Of a DNA stretch of 64,000 nucleotides, positions 46,904-61,692 are shown piece by piece. Below the pieces are notes generated by a model. That model saw nothing but the letters and a program-made list of their open reading frames with translations. It did no database searches and had not been told where the DNA came from. The stretch's first letter is position 1. Every line of letters starts with the position of its first letter. The translations under genes were made by a program, and so were the position numbers. The stretch is from Azolla caroliniana. Its lineage: Eukaryota; Plantae; Polypodiophyta. The stretch lies in contig JBHGNT010000005.1 of the NCBI GenBank assembly GCA_043228905.1, forward strand, positions 6,510,001-6,574,000. Reading direction: 5' to 3'.

Positions 46904-49900
46904 ATAGTTACACCCATGAGGATGGTCCAAGTTGGGTCCTTGGAGAGACACGAACAATAGATAGATGGATTGAAAGATAGGTGAGGATAACATCCATGGG
47001 AAACCAATATATGATCAATGGGATAAGAACTAGGTCATGGTGAGGATGGAACTTGAGTTCTCTCAATAATATGACTTTGATGAGAGAGAGAGAGAGAGAG
47101 AGAGGTGGGTATGTCCATCCTTAGTTGAAGACCTTGAGATCATGAGTAAGATGTATCTTAGAAAGAAACCTTTTACAAACGCAAGAGAGAGTTTGTTCAC
47201 CATGCCTTTATCTCCATATTAATTAAAAGAGAAAATTACATTGATAAAGGCCAACCAATGACTTCTTGTGGAACTTTGGAAGATGGCCTCTACCTCCCTT
47301 TTCAACCTAAAGCTCTATAATTGAGCTATCACATCCTAGAAGAAAGAGAAAAGTACCTTTCTTAGAATAAATATTGACTTTTCGTCATTCACTTTCTTCA
47401 TTGTATAAGCATTATGGTAGGAAGGCAATAAACTCTCATGTAGGAAGGGTGATGAGCCTTCAATAATGTTGTATTGAATGCTCGACAAACAAATAATAAA
47501 TGGATGTGTGACCACCCGTCAATAATGTTGTATTGAACACTCAACAATCAAATGTATTAGCGACACACAATTGTAGATCAATGGACACAAAAATTAATCA
47601 GCTAGAAAGTGGATGCACAAATCTCTCCCCTTTATTAACATAGACACTAACTGAACCTATTGTGAACACACGTTCACCTATTGGGTAGACAAACAAAATA
47701 ATAAGTAATGTTGGAGGCTTGCTTTTAAAGGTTCTTTAAGATAACAAAAATCTCCCAAAATGACTTGCTTTCTTAAATCATCTCTTTTCTACATGTTATG
47801 GTTGAAACTAATCATAAAAGGCTATGTAGATATAATTTTGTAAACCCATTCTACATATTGTCCATATGTAATCATGAATATGACCTCGCATATAACCACA
47901 AAACATTGATTTAGACATCTAGAAGATACACATGTGCAGACTCTACAATAAAATCAATAAAGTATTAGTAGTGTATATTTCACACATTGGAGACCACTCC
48001 AAAACCATTCACACATTGTCGTTGAATCAATTGAAGATATGAAAGATTTAATAGAAAACTCATATCAAAATGAGGTACAAATTTCTAGGATAAGATTTTA
48101 AATGAACATGTTAAATGATGCATTCGATAAAGGAAACAACAGACGTTTAGGCTTGATGAGAGAACATTTTACAATTGAGCTTGATCACACGTGAATCTAA
48201 TATTTGATTCGTTATACTATTGTCCTTGTCCAATGTATTATCTATCTTGTTCAAAGGATATACAATAATGACCTCATCTTCATATGCTGACCCTCATAAT
48301 TCCTTTTGCATTAAACCATGGAGGCAAAAGCCTCCTTAATGCTACTAGGAATTTTATTTATTATCTTCTCTCTTTGATATGTGCACTTTCTTTTCATCCT
48401 CATCACACTATTCACCAACATTGGTAATCTTCTTTTCTATGAAATTGGCTTGCAAGATCTTCTCTATAGCATGATTATAATGTTTGTCCCTTCTATGATG
48501 ATTGATTCGAGAACAACTTGTTTGCAAATCCCTAAACAAGACATATATGTTTATTGGCTTTAATTAGATCACACACACATAATTTTGATTTCAAAATAAA
48601 GCTAGGGAGACCAGTGACTCGTCACTCAACAAACATCACATGATTGGTATAGGAAGGGAAATTTTGAATATTTCATTGATATAGATTTAGATATTCTAGT
48701 GATGATATTGGTCAAAATGAATATACATCAAACCAGAAATAGATGGACCCGAATATGTAAATATTGTTTATGGTCGAGTGCTTGGAGGATATAAAGATAT
48801 GCCATCTCTTAGATCATATGCATATATTTATAAATGTAAGCCATTCACTTTCAAAAGCAATCATGGGACTCTTGTAGCAAAAGCAAATTTAGAGTACTTG
48901 GGTTTGAAACCACACCCCTCTCCTTGAGAGAGTTTTACCACAAGTATTTATCAGTATGATAGAGCTCTATGGGTATTGATCTAAGAGTAAAATTCTTTAA
49001 TAAATGTCAATTTTAAATATAACTTGGACATTACGAGGCACAATATCTTATTCCTTACCTTGGACAATACAACTATATTAGGATTGAAAACACATGATTG
49101 ACATAATTTTATTTTAAGGTAATGCTTGTTACCCTTCCCAATAATATAATAGTATAATAATTAAAGGTCTAGTTCCAGACAAACCAATTCATTGTTTTTA
49201 GAGCACGTGTTTCTATTAGTGATGGGTGGTTGCGTAAGATCTCTAATACAAGATATTAAATATCTCTTAGGGATGTTCACGACATGGATTTCTTCGAAAG
49301 AAATATCAGAAGAGTGAAACATCTTAAAGGAAGAGAGAAGCTATTGAACCAATGTATCTAATGAAGAAATAATCACTTCTAAATTCTATGTTTGATACTC
49401 AAATCCATGTTTTGATTGACCTCGTTTATAAGGTTAAACTTGTAGATGTGGGTGGCCAAACATGTTAGTTTCTCACACTCCAAACTCTAGGTGATGAAAG
49501 AATACATAACAAAACCATGCCTCAAAGAAGGGTCACCATCGTGGGTTTAGGTGCACTAACTCTCACAAAGCATCACGAGGAGATGTTCCAATGCAACCAA
49601 TGACAAAATCTCCCACTCCTAGAAAGACGACAATCGACCCGACAAAACAAACAAACACTCTCAACACTTTCCACTCTATGTACATGAACATTGACAATTT
49701 AATGCCATTCCATTTGTTACCTACCAAGAAATGATCGGGCAATTCTAAGCTTTTAGCATCATCACAACAAATGATTCCGTAGTCTCGAAGTTGTCCTAAT
49801 CTTTACAAGTTATGCGCACGTTTCGTTGTTTTCACATTGTTTTATTTTTCATCTATATTGTTTTATTTATAATATCATCCCATCCTTGATGGTTAACCTT

Positions 49901-51795
49901 TACAACTGTTTTTTGGTTCTTTCTTGTATGTTTTTGGATCCCACCTTGCCAATCAATATTTACTTATGTACTCCTTGTGTCTCTAGTCCACCCTTATACA
50001 TAAAATTCTTGTTCTTGTTTTCTATACCTCTACACCCTCCTCACCTTTTATGGTAGCCCACTTTACTTTGTTTTTATTCTCTTTTCTTTTTGCTCCCTGT
50101 GTGTCAGCTTATCCCCTTGCTTTCTAGGCTCCAATCCAACCTTTCTTCTTCTTCATCTTCCACCTACTCTCCTTCCCCATCCTGGGCTCTAATGGCTTCA
50201 TGTTTCTTCTCCTCTGTGCGCTGCTCCCTGTTGCATCATGATCACAATTTTAGGGCTATAGTTTTCTATTGTTTTCAATGTAGAGCGTTCATATGTATAT
50301 GTAAATTGTAATAATAGCTCTCTACATTTGACTTAGTGATTTCGATGAACCCTCTTCATGAAAGCTTCTTTTTTCTTTATTGACTTGATGCTTTTACACA
50401 TGCCAAGACCTTTTACACAAACTAGGAGTTTCCACAAAGAACTTAGAACTTACATGAGGAGTTTAAGCCGAGAAATCGCATGAAGTGTTCGTAAAGACAT
50501 TATACGAAGGATTTCTACAATCAAATTACCTCATGAAATTGCAACAAGGCTTCATAGTTTTTCTTAATGACTTCCACGAAGAACCCCTACCATGTGAATA
50601 CACAAAGGAATTTATGCAATCCAATTCATAGTACGTAATATACTCAAATGCATTGGCAAACATTCTTTTTCATACAAATGGAAACGAATGTGTATGTTAT
50701 CAAAACATTCTTACATTTTTTATTACACTTTTTACCTTAAAAAAAAAACCTTATAATAAATAATGAATACAAAAGTATGGTATTTACCATACTTCGAAGG
50801 TGTTTACCATACTCGAATGATTGAAACATTCTCGAGTGCAAATGCGCATATGGTTCGTATGGTTCATACTATGATCCAATCACACAATTGTTTTTTTACC
50901 CATAGACTTTCTTTAGAAGGGTTTCCATGAAAGCAACACACTTTGGATGAAGGAATTAATTGAAGATTTTTACACAAGGTGATCGATCATGCAATTGATT
51001 TATTGAGACAATTCCTTGAAACATTTTCATGAGTGTTTTACATCATGCATTTACTTCACGAAATTATGCAAAGCCTTTTTGTGAAGTAGCATATACTCGA
51101 AGGCGAAGTAAGCACCCAAAAGATTTCCCTAACAATTTTACATGAAGCCTTTTTGCAAAAGCTTTACACTACCATTTACACAAAGGTTTTAAGTGTGGGG
51201 TTTTCGGTGACAACAACAAAAGAAGTAGAGTGGGTGCCATAAATCAACGAGGTAAGCTTTGAAATAATGTTCAATAAGGGTACATAGAAATTTAGAATCA
51301 TTTAGTGATAGTTAGATATGTATACATTTAGGGTTAACATATAATTAAGGTTAATAGACATATATTCAAGCTTGAACAAGATTAGGGTTGGCATAGTGTC
51401 AGCTAAGGTTATATGTATAAGATATATCGTAGATTCGTATATATATTTACATTTTGAATAAGATTCTAATAGATATGTAGTTAGGTTTAGAATAAGATAT
51501 GTCATATATACATTGAAGTTTAACATATAACATACTTTCAAGCCTTATTTATTACATGCATTTGTAGTTAAACATGTAAGATTTGATTAAAATTTACATA
51601 CAATCCTTTAGGTTAACATGCATACATTTACGGCTAACATACAGTTGACGTGGAAAAACACAAACGATTGCTGAGACGACACAGGCGATGACGTCAAGAA
51701 GTGATTCTAGTGAACTCCCCTTTGGTATTCATCCAATCGCAGATCTGGTTGTCAATGTAGCTGTGCCGACAGAGGTGTAAGTTGAAATAGATTGT

Positions 51796-53104
51796 ATGTG
51801 TCAATTGTTGGTGGTGATACATGTCATCGGTGGTCGTCCTAATCGTGGGGAGTTGCGTCACTTGTTACAGGCGCGATTCCAAGAAGATCTAACTAGAGTT
51901 GTGGATATTCAATTTTTAGGGAAAGGATGCTATCATGTTGAGTTTCCAGTTGCGGAGATGGTGATGAAGCTACGGATGGGATCTACAAGGATTAATGGAA
52001 TTCAGATGCATTTCTTGCAATGGGAGCCTGGGTTTGACCTAAATGCGGTTAGTGAACATCTATCGAATTACTTTGTCTTTTCTGTCATGTTTCCGGGTTT
52101 ACCAAAAGAATGCAGACTGGTGATGCCACATATGGCCTCATCGATTGCTCAATTAATTGATGAAGAATCTGATGTAATGTGTTATGTGGTTGGGAATCTC
52201 AACCTACCATATATACAATTAATTGAACATAAAGGCATGACATTACCTGCGTATGTTAGGCTGCCCGCTATGTTTCAGGCCCCACTGAGGGTCCAAAGAG
52301 TTAAATATTCTGGACTTCCTAATCAATGTTTTAATTGTAATTGTATTGGCCATGTGGTCAAAGATTGTCCTGTTCAAGAGGAACAAATTCTACAAAAGCA
52401 TTCTTTTAGCAACACAAATGATGAAGGTTGAATAGAAGGCAGGAGGAAGTATGGTAGGAAATCCTCGATGAGGACATCTTATGTTGTAGGTAACATCTAG
52501 AAAGACACCAAATGCAAGTCATGATAGTCCACAAGGTAACCAATCAAATTTACAAATAATCCCTTTTAGTAATAATGATGTACAAAGTGGTAAAGAGGAG
52601 GATTATGATGTTGTAATTGACAATGATATTGTAAGTTCTATGAAGGAGAAGCCCTTGAAGGGAGGGAATGATCATGAACAGATGATAGCTTTCGAGCCTT
52701 CCTCATTACAAGGTGAGGCTAATATGGAGTTAGGTATGGTAGAAAAGAATGAAGGGATAATTTCTGTGATATCTTTGGAAGAGGGTATTATGAACAGTTC
52801 ACAATATTCTGGAAGGTTAACTCGGGCTAAAACAAAGGCCTTAACAAGCCATGGTAAGAATATACAAGGATTCATGCTTGAAAAATCGGTTGTGCAATCA
52901 TATACTATGGTTATGAATGGAGGTGTGATGGTGGATGGAAAGAGCACACTCTCTTCCTCAATAAACAAGGATTCTTATGCAGAAGTTGTGGCTAGGAAAC
53001 CTTGGAAAGGATTCAAGATTGTTGGGCAAATTAACAAGCCTAAGAAAGCAACGGTGGGGGAGAAGAAGATGAAAGGTAAACAACTCTTGTTAGCCTATGA
53101 TTAA
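51796..53104 (+). pseudogene. LINE ORF1 (DUF4283-like region and CCHC knuckle)
   Basis: IQFLGKGCYHVEF, LQWEPGFD, VKYSGLPNQCFNCNCIGHVVKDC; internal stops. Confidence 0.85.
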
Positions 53105-56100
53105 CTTTCGTATTGTATCATGGAATGTTCAAGGATTGGGTGGTGCACATGCACAAAAATTTAAGGCTAGACTTAAACAAAATTTACATAAAAGCTTTAT
53201 GAGGTCTGTAGATATGGTTTTTTTACAAGAACATCATTTGAGTTCCACAAGGATAGATTCTTATGGGTCCTTGTTTAATGGTTCATGGGCCCATTTTTGG
53301 AGTCCTGCAATTGGCGAATCCCACAATAAAGCTGGTGTTTGTATAGCAATAGCCCAAAAATGATCTTCTCATGTGATTGACTATAAGATTTTAGTGAGGG
53401 AAGAGTGCAACTTATTATTTTAGAAATCCAAAATCTACGATTGGGTTTTATAAATGTATATGCTCACAATGCAACAGTAGATAGGAGGAGTTTGTGGTCT
53501 TATATGTGCGATACCTTACCCCAGGTGGATCATTGGTGTATGGCTGGAGATTTTAATATGATTGAGGATAAGTTTGATAGAAGTGGGGGTAGCCAAGCTA
53601 TTTTATATGGTTCAGAATTGAGCTTTTGGGAGAGGTTGTGCTTTAAGTATGGTTTTCAGGATACTTGGTGCTCTCCCTCTTTTAGCAAACATGTTGAATC
53701 TTTGCAATTCTCTAGATTAGATAGACGGTTATTAGGTACTAATATATCTTGATTAGACAGATTCTATGCTGACGACTTCTTTATAGCATTAGGAGGATCA
53801 TTATAGATATTAGCTGGGACAACTTTCTCGGATCACTCACCTCTTATTGTTACTATGAAAAAAGTGGAAAAAGGGAAGTTCTTTAGGACACCTATACCTT
53901 CCTCGTATGTGGATGTTGCCCTTAGAGAAGAAGTTAAATTAGCAATTTGGAAGGATACATGTGTATGCAATTGATGGTGTGTGATAGAGTTGCGGATACA
54001 ATTGTCAATGTTAGTAATTGGTTTTGTACTAAAGCAAAGAAGGATCAGTCTCAGCTCAAAACTAAGATACTGAGTATGAAATGAGCAGTTGCTTCTTTGC
54101 AACATATTTAGCAACGTATGCCATGGGCTATGTGGGTGATGTTGGAATTGAATAATGCAAAGGATAAGCTCTGTAAATTACAAGATACTTGGGCTCAATG
54201 CACTTATAATGCATTTGCTGCAAAGTGGGCACAAATGGGGGATAAAGTGTTCGTTGATTTTTTTAAAATTGTAACTCCCAAAAAAACTAGTAATGGGATG
54301 AAACAACTACAGAGGGAGGATGAATCCATTACAGAGGATGCCGGAGAAATGAGGGATATTGCTCCGAAATTTTATAGTAATTTATTGTCCGCCGAATGTT
54401 TTACATTTGATCAATTGGAGAGACGGAGAGTTGTGTGGCAGTCCATACATGCACGTGTTTCACTCCACATGTCAAATGTTTTGGTTAAACCGATTTTGAT
54501 TTTTGAAGTAAGGGTTGCTTTGGATGCAATTGGCTCCCATGTATGCCTTGGTACCGATGGGCTCTCAACAATTTTTTTTCAGAATTATTGGGAGTTTATT
54601 GGGACTGACATTACTGTTGCATTTCAGGAGGTGTTTGACACTGAATTTATGCCAAGGAAGTGGACTGAAGGTATGCTTTATCTTATTCCTAACCTGGAAG
54701 GGATAGTGGCTGATATTAGGAAGTGGCGACCCATAACTATATTGAATACTATTTACAAAATATATGCTAAGTTGTTGGCTATGAGATTGCAACCTTTTTT
54801 ATCGGACATCATTCATAACACCCAAACAGGGTTCTTACAAGATAGGAGTATATTAGATAACATTTTTCTATTTTGGGAAGCGCTTGCAATTTCACAAGAA
54901 AGGGAAGAGGATTTAGCAATCTTGTTGTTGGATTTCGAAAAGGCTTATGACAAAGTAGATTGGTCTTTTTTGAGGGGTACCATGGAAAAGTTGGGTTTTC
55001 CTAATCAATGGTTAATGACTGTCTCAACTCCTTACAACTCAGCTACTAGTAGGGTATTAGTAGATGGAGAGTTAGGCTAAGCATTCACAATTTCGAGGTC
55101 AGTGAGACAGGGATGTCCATTGGCTCCTTTTTTATATTTGATGATTGGAGAAGCGTTTAGTAGTTTTCTTACAAGTAATATTGTGAATATAAAAGGGCTA
55201 CAATGGCCATGGTTAGAGGAACAAGTTGTGGATTGTCAATTTGCTAATGATACAACCTTGTATTTGCAAGGTTGTAGCGATAATATTTCTAGAGTAAAAC
55301 ACGCTATCGATACATTTTGCTATGCTTTTGGAGCTGTTATTAATTGGAATAAATCAATGGGGTTCTGGGTAGGTAACACAGTAAACCCTTTGTGGTGTCC
55401 ACAAGAAGGGTTTCAATGGAATCCGCATGGTAAACCTATAAGATACTTGGGATGTCAGGTAGGTATTAATCTCTCACCAGAAGATCATGTAGCTCCTCTG
55501 TTGCTTGTTATAAGGAAGAAATTGTTATATTGGAATACTGCGAAATTGTCATTGGCAGGAAGGGTTGTTGTTGCCAATCATGTATTATTGGCTTCCATGT
55601 AGTACATCTTATCGGCTTGGTTGTGTTCACGTTATGCTCTATCGCAAGTACAAAGGCTTATTAGAAATTTTCTTTAGGGATCTAAAGATTGTTCTTATGT
55701 GAGAGCCAAGGTATCTTGGAAAGTTATTACAACTCCAAAAGACGAGGGTGGTCTTGGATTGATTGAGCTTCTTTTACAATGTAAGGCTTTATTGGGAAAA
55801 TCTATTATCAGAGGTTTGTCGCTTGGTGGGGAGCCTTAGAAAAAAATCTTAAGGCAGAGAATGGCTAAAGTTATGCCTTCTACTGGTGGCAATTGGAAAG
55901 ATACTATTAGATGGTAGTTTTTAAGAGATTTTAACCATTCCATTGATATTTTTCGCCAAGATAAGTTTTTTAGGGGTATCATGAAGGCATGGTGGGATTT
56001 GAAACATAACTTAGTTCAATCTCTACCATCATGTAAGGAGGAATGGTTGCGTCAATCCCTCATATTGAACCCACTATTTACATTAGAAGAGGGGGTAATG

Positions 56101-57440
56101 TTAGGGAAGAGAACTAGGTTGAATTGGGCTGACTTTGATTTAAAAGGTGAAGCTAAGTCGGTTTGGAATTGGTTGGCCTTTTCTTCTTCAGTGATGGAAA
56201 ACAAAACCCATGTTTGTAGTACAGTTTGGGGAGGGAACATTATGTATGCAGAAATGGATAGAGTCTTTACAATATCTTCCTTTTAGCCTTCTCAAACTAG
56301 TCTGTTTTGGTATGGTATGTTTTCAGCCCTACATGTCTTATTGGGGGTTAGGGGTTATAAAAACGCTCATGAATGCCTTTACTTCGATGTTTTGCCTTCT
56401 GGACGACTTCCTTCTCTATTTGTGGAAGATGAAATTGTAACTCAAGGGAATAGGTTCCCTATTCGTATATTGTGGAAGAAAGATAAAAAATGGATATTGA
56501 ACCCACATCCAAATGATGTAAACGATCTCTCTGATTTATGAATCTATGAGAATAAGCCCATTGATCGCCTTTTGTGGGATCCTGGTGAGTGGAAATGGCA
56601 AATCAGATCAGGGTAAGGAATTCTAGGTAAGCAACTCCCATTTTTTGAATATTCAGTAAAAATGGGTAGAGAAATGCTAAGGAGAGGTGTGATTGTTACA
56701 CCAGCAACTTGTAAATTCTAGAGATTTGGTAATGTAACAGATTCTTGGATGAATGCTTATTAGAAATGGTTATGGGCCATGCAAATTCCTAAAAAGGTTG
56801 TGTTATTTAGATGGTTGTTGACACATTATGGCATTCTTGTGAAGTCATGGATGCGGGGACACTGCCAAGATTTAAAATGTGATAGTTGTAGTTCTCCCAT
56901 TGAATCGGTTTACCATGTTTTATGGATATGTCCTATTGCTAGAGCCGTTTGGAAAAGAATGTTGAGAATGTTATATTCTATTTATGGTAGACAGATGTAC
57001 ACATGGGGTTTTGTGAGATCGGGAAGATTAGCTAAAGAAATTCAGAACTATGAAAAGGAGTTTGATGATTTTCTTCTCCTCTTCGATGGAAGACATGTAT
57101 TGGAGGTCTCTGATACTACACAGTCTGTTGTTTGGAAGAGGATATGGTCTAGTCTACGATATCTTCTCTAGTAGTTTGGGTATTGTGGAAGACTCTAGAT
57201 GTAAATGTGTATTTCAGAAAATTAAGCAAAATGCAGTTGATTTAGTGAAAGAGGTATGGTTAATGCTCTTACACACTTTAAGAGGTCAATATGATGCAAT
57301 AGTTGGTGAGCCTGAGGTTGTGATTCGTAAACAACGACAGTTTCGCGAAATTTGGCAAAACGCTGAGGTCTTCACCTCTTTTGGAGAAAGAATAAAGTGG
57401 AGATATGCTCCACCAATATGACTTTTTCCACCCCCCGTCT
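53097..57440 (+). pseudogene. LINE ORF2 (AP endonuclease, RT, zf-RVT) with many stops
   Basis: SWNVQGL, FLQEHH, GDFNM, SDHSP, WRPITILN, LDFEKAYDKVDW, RQGCPLAP, FANDT, CDSCSSPIESVYHVLWICP. Confidence 0.95.
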
Positions 57441-60400
57441 TGGAACAACCCTACATGAGGGCTTTTGATACTTGACATGCTGGTTGATGTGGATATGAGG
57501 GTTGTAATATAATGTATGAATTCGTTGTAGCCTTTTGGCATCTTTCCATTAATACCAAGGTGAGTTCCTTCTTTTTTTAAAAAGAAAAAGAGAGAGGCTA
57601 ACATACAGTTAAGGTTAACAAACATATATATAAGATTGATATATATTATTTCCCAAATTTGATTGAGATTTAGAGGTTATTAGGATGAGGAGACAAGGTT
57701 CTAACAAGCTAAATTGACATGGAATAATTTATTATCTAAATAACAAGTGATGTACAATCTAGTAACCAATTATTTAGGTATTTCACAATAACGCTAATAG
57801 CTAGTGATGCTACATGAACATGTACAAGTGTAAGAATTAATTTAGTATACCAAAATACCTAAAAGAGAATTGATAGTTATTAGCTATCAAAAGCAGAAGA
57901 AGAATAACTAATTAATAATTTACAAATGAATGCTTGCGCTGATTATAAATGCATGAGGTATATCAAGAAGGTGGACATGATGGTCCTTCCAAAATGTTTC
58001 CTTGCACATATCCTTCTTTTTCAATGATAGTCTAGAAGATGATGATTATTTCCTTCATCATCGCATCACCGAGCATCATTGGCTTACATCTTGTGGTTGA
58101 CTATATTAGACTACTTCCTTCATCAGTTGAACTTGAGTGATCCATTGCATTGTAGACATTTTTTTCTACTAACACCTACCCTCTTACACAACATACTAAT
58201 ATTAATATGTTTAATATCTGTACTTAATATCATCATTGGATTGGATATTTTTAGGATAAGATCATCTTCAAACTTACTCATGATCAATAGTGTCTTCCTT
58301 AGATTACTAACTAGCACATGTGTTTCATTTCCATTTAGATCATCAATATTAGATATCATTATATATTTTATTGATTGATCACTCCATATTCAATTAAGTA
58401 TTACCATCTCCTCTTAATAACCATGACTTTTCCCTCTATCATTTTAGTTTTGTATCTTCCGCATCTACTAAATTGTTAACACCCACAACACAACCATTGC
58501 TTTCATTGTATTTAATTGCCATGTCTTGCTTAGCCTTTAATATTTCATTGTGTTTTGGTTTTTATTGGCCTAATATTTTCTTATAGCTTGTTATAATTTA
58601 TTGATAGCCATGTTCCTTTCTTTAAGATTTATGAGAGCCATTGATAAACTATTATGATCACTTTCCATTGATAAAACTTAATAGATAGTAAGCAATAATC
58701 AAACACAAAAAGTGAGAAAATAATGAATATTATCTTAGTGATTAAGAGATGACCACATCTAAGGAGCAAAGGATATTTAGGCACCAAAGATGGGGATGCA
58801 CAACCATTACCTAATGCCACGGACAAGGGATTGCATGAAATGAAGAACAAGAGCAAATGACATGAACTATGAATTTTGTAACTAGTATAGTTCACCTTGA
58901 TTGTGTTAAAGGGGGGCACACATATTTATAAAAGGTTGGAGAGGCATGCATACAAAGAAACCTCTAGAGATGTGCATGGTCTTGTGGATCCTAGAAATAA
59001 AGTTTGGATAATGAACATAGAAACCCAAAAAATAAATTACATATAGCTTTTTTCATTGCTAAATCTCGTGCTTTTACCCAAGTGCATATGCTCACTATTA
59101 GACATGGAATGCAACCATTTGTAACCCAATGTTGTGGTGAGAATAGATTAATTCTTGATTGCATAATGGTTGAAACATGTTATGTCGAGGTTGAAACTTT
59201 ATATGCAATGTACATTAGGAACAACACTAGGAAGCACACCTCCAATAAAAAACTTGTCACATGTCTAGGATGAAAGCTAACCTACACTTTACCTTTAATG
59301 GATATAGATGCTAGTGTCATTGCCTCTTGTACGAGCATTAGGTACATCTATGTGTTTGACCTCTATAAGCGTACAAAGATAGACTCTCATGTTGTGATGT
59401 GAATAGTATCCGGTGTGTAGGGTTTTAATGCTTATGTGTATGATAACCACCCACACTAGTTCAAGGTCGTGAAGAATCTTGAGTATTTCTTGTATGAAGA
59501 ATATTGAAATCGTGTACATTCTCAACAAGGATTTGTGTGTAATAAAGCTAAGTGTTCAATTAGTATACTTCCCGATCATGGATAGTCTTCAATGAAAAGT
59601 CATAGCACAAGGCATAACCTAAGAAAATAATCATCCAAAGAAATCTTGCTCATTTCTAGGTCCAAACCTCTAGTTGTAATTTCCTTACGTTTGACCTACC
59701 CAAGGAAGCTATAACATCTCATATAGGAGATTGCAGTACTCTCATAAAGTGTTTAAGCTAAACACTTTGTTACACCCTAGTTCACAAGTTTCAGGTCGCC
59801 ATGGACCTTGAGTCGTTCGTTAAGAACCCACATCATCTAGGCTAGTATTAACGGTATCATTGACATATGTGCATGCAAGGAAGCCTCAACAACATGGCAA
59901 GTGAAGAATGTGAAAACTACAATGCAAGTGTGGAATCAAGACAACTCCTAAATTTGACTCTTGCAAAACCTCTAAACTCTCCCAAAGTCAAAACCCCATG
60001 CAAGTTAAACTTGCAAAAGTGCCTACATGATCTAGCAAAAAACTTTAGTTCAAGGGCTATATGTGCAAATGAAATAGGACCAAATTTATGTCGTATAACA
60101 TGTCTCTCATTAAACCATGTACTAAATGCAACTTGGCTCATTAGGGAAGCTTAATTTTGGTTTTCGTGTTCGTTGCGATTGCGACTGAATGCTCTTTGCA
60201 AAAACACCACTAGCTTTTCATTGTCAACTCACATCCATGCCACTTCTTGTGTTGTAACAATGTAAACACCATTGACTTGGTGATGGTGCCCATAACACAC
60301 TTCATGAGATCTTCAACACACCTAGAGGTAGTGTCCCTCAAATGGTTAGTCCCAACCATAACTCGTTCCCATGTGCTCATTATGTGGCGTGCCCGAAGGT

Positions 60401-61692
60401 AGTAAATGGGGAAAATGGAAAAAACGCCACAACCACAAAGATGTAAATATATAAATATACGTTATGGCAAAGCTCGAAGCTATGGCCGATGTATTACTCA
60501 TACCAAGGAATCTAGAATTAGTAGAACCATAGAACTTCCTAGAAACTATAATTAGTAGAACCCTAGAACTTCCTAGAAATCTCTAGAACTTTTTGGAACA
60601 TTCTAAAGAACTATAGAATGCTCCACGACTCACTGTATAATGAGCTCCCCTCACTCTTGTTGAACCATTTCGTTTCAACACAAGTCTCAAGTCCTCCAAG
60701 TAAGCTCTCCCTTGTATAGATCTTTATATTAATACATATTTTCGTTCATTGTTACTCTCTCTCCCTCTACTATTATCTCACCTATTTCCTTCCATCTTCA
60801 TTCTCTCTTGCTTAATCTATTCACTACTATCTCATCTATCCCTTTCATCATCACTCTTTATCTCGCTCTTTCTACTTCTATTTTGTCTCAAATTTGATAG
60901 TTTGAATAGGAATTCCCCTTTGCCTAGCCACTTCTTAAGCCCTATGTAGCTATGACCGTTGTTAGCTAACAAGATTATTTGATTATTATCTCTGAATTGG
61001 AGAGCCTTAAAACCAAGTTTGTGGCGCTTGAGATGGAATATCAACGATTGCTTGAGGATCTCCAAAAGGTGACTGTGGAAAAACAACACAACATGATGAG
61101 TTCACACGAGGAGTATAACAATTAGAGTCAGTGTTGGTGGCTTTGCAACAACACTCGACAAGAGATCAAGGGGTTATTAAAGAACCCACGATTAGCCTAC
61201 CTACGAAAATTGAAGGCACCGCGATCCTCGTCTTGTCAAGCTCGGCAAGATGGTATGCCGCATTATTGTTGGCGCTTGTCACCATGTACGGCCCGAACCA
61301 CCTTCTCGCAAACTTTCGGGTCGACTAGTGTTGGTTATCTAGGCTGCTGCCGTAGACCAGCACCCAATTGCCCTTCTCGATCTTCTTCAGCCAGAGTCGG
61401 TGTGTCCGGTCAAACCAAGCCTTGTTCTTCTTCCATGCTTCTTCTATCGTCTCGCGCTCATTCAACGTCCACCGGTCGTCGCTTGAGCTGTCGGATCCGT
61501 GCTGCCAACAACCCTTCTCGGCTCATCTCCTCCGACCAATCCACCGGCTCCTAGCTCATCCGTCACATGCTCGTACTAATGCTTTTACGATTGGCCTGTG
61601 CCCACGCTCGATTTTCCCATTGGCTTCAGGATTGTACGCTGTGGTGAGCGAAAGCTTGACCCTGAGTTGGTCGAACAACTCCTCCCCTTCTA

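Larger units (their letters stand above)
51647..57595 (+). mobile_element. Full-length or near full-length L1-clade LINE, decayed
   Basis: Perfect 15-bp TSD GGCTAACATACAGTT (51632-51646 and 57596-57610), ORF1 plus ORF2, and an A-rich tail near 57579-57595. Confidence 0.95.

Noticed and set aside
50192-50311. Transit-peptide-like start MASCFFSSVRCSLL after a CT-rich leader
   Set aside because: Short, and no downstream exons could be identified
57900-60200. Short ORFs in AT-rich DNA (58123-58359, 59917-60141 and others)
   Set aside because: No recognisable motifs; probably old decayed repeats
60460-61030. LTR-like stretch with CTAGAACTTCC repeats and a CT-rich tract
   Set aside because: No partner LTR, clear TG...CA termini, TSD or PBS could be fixed
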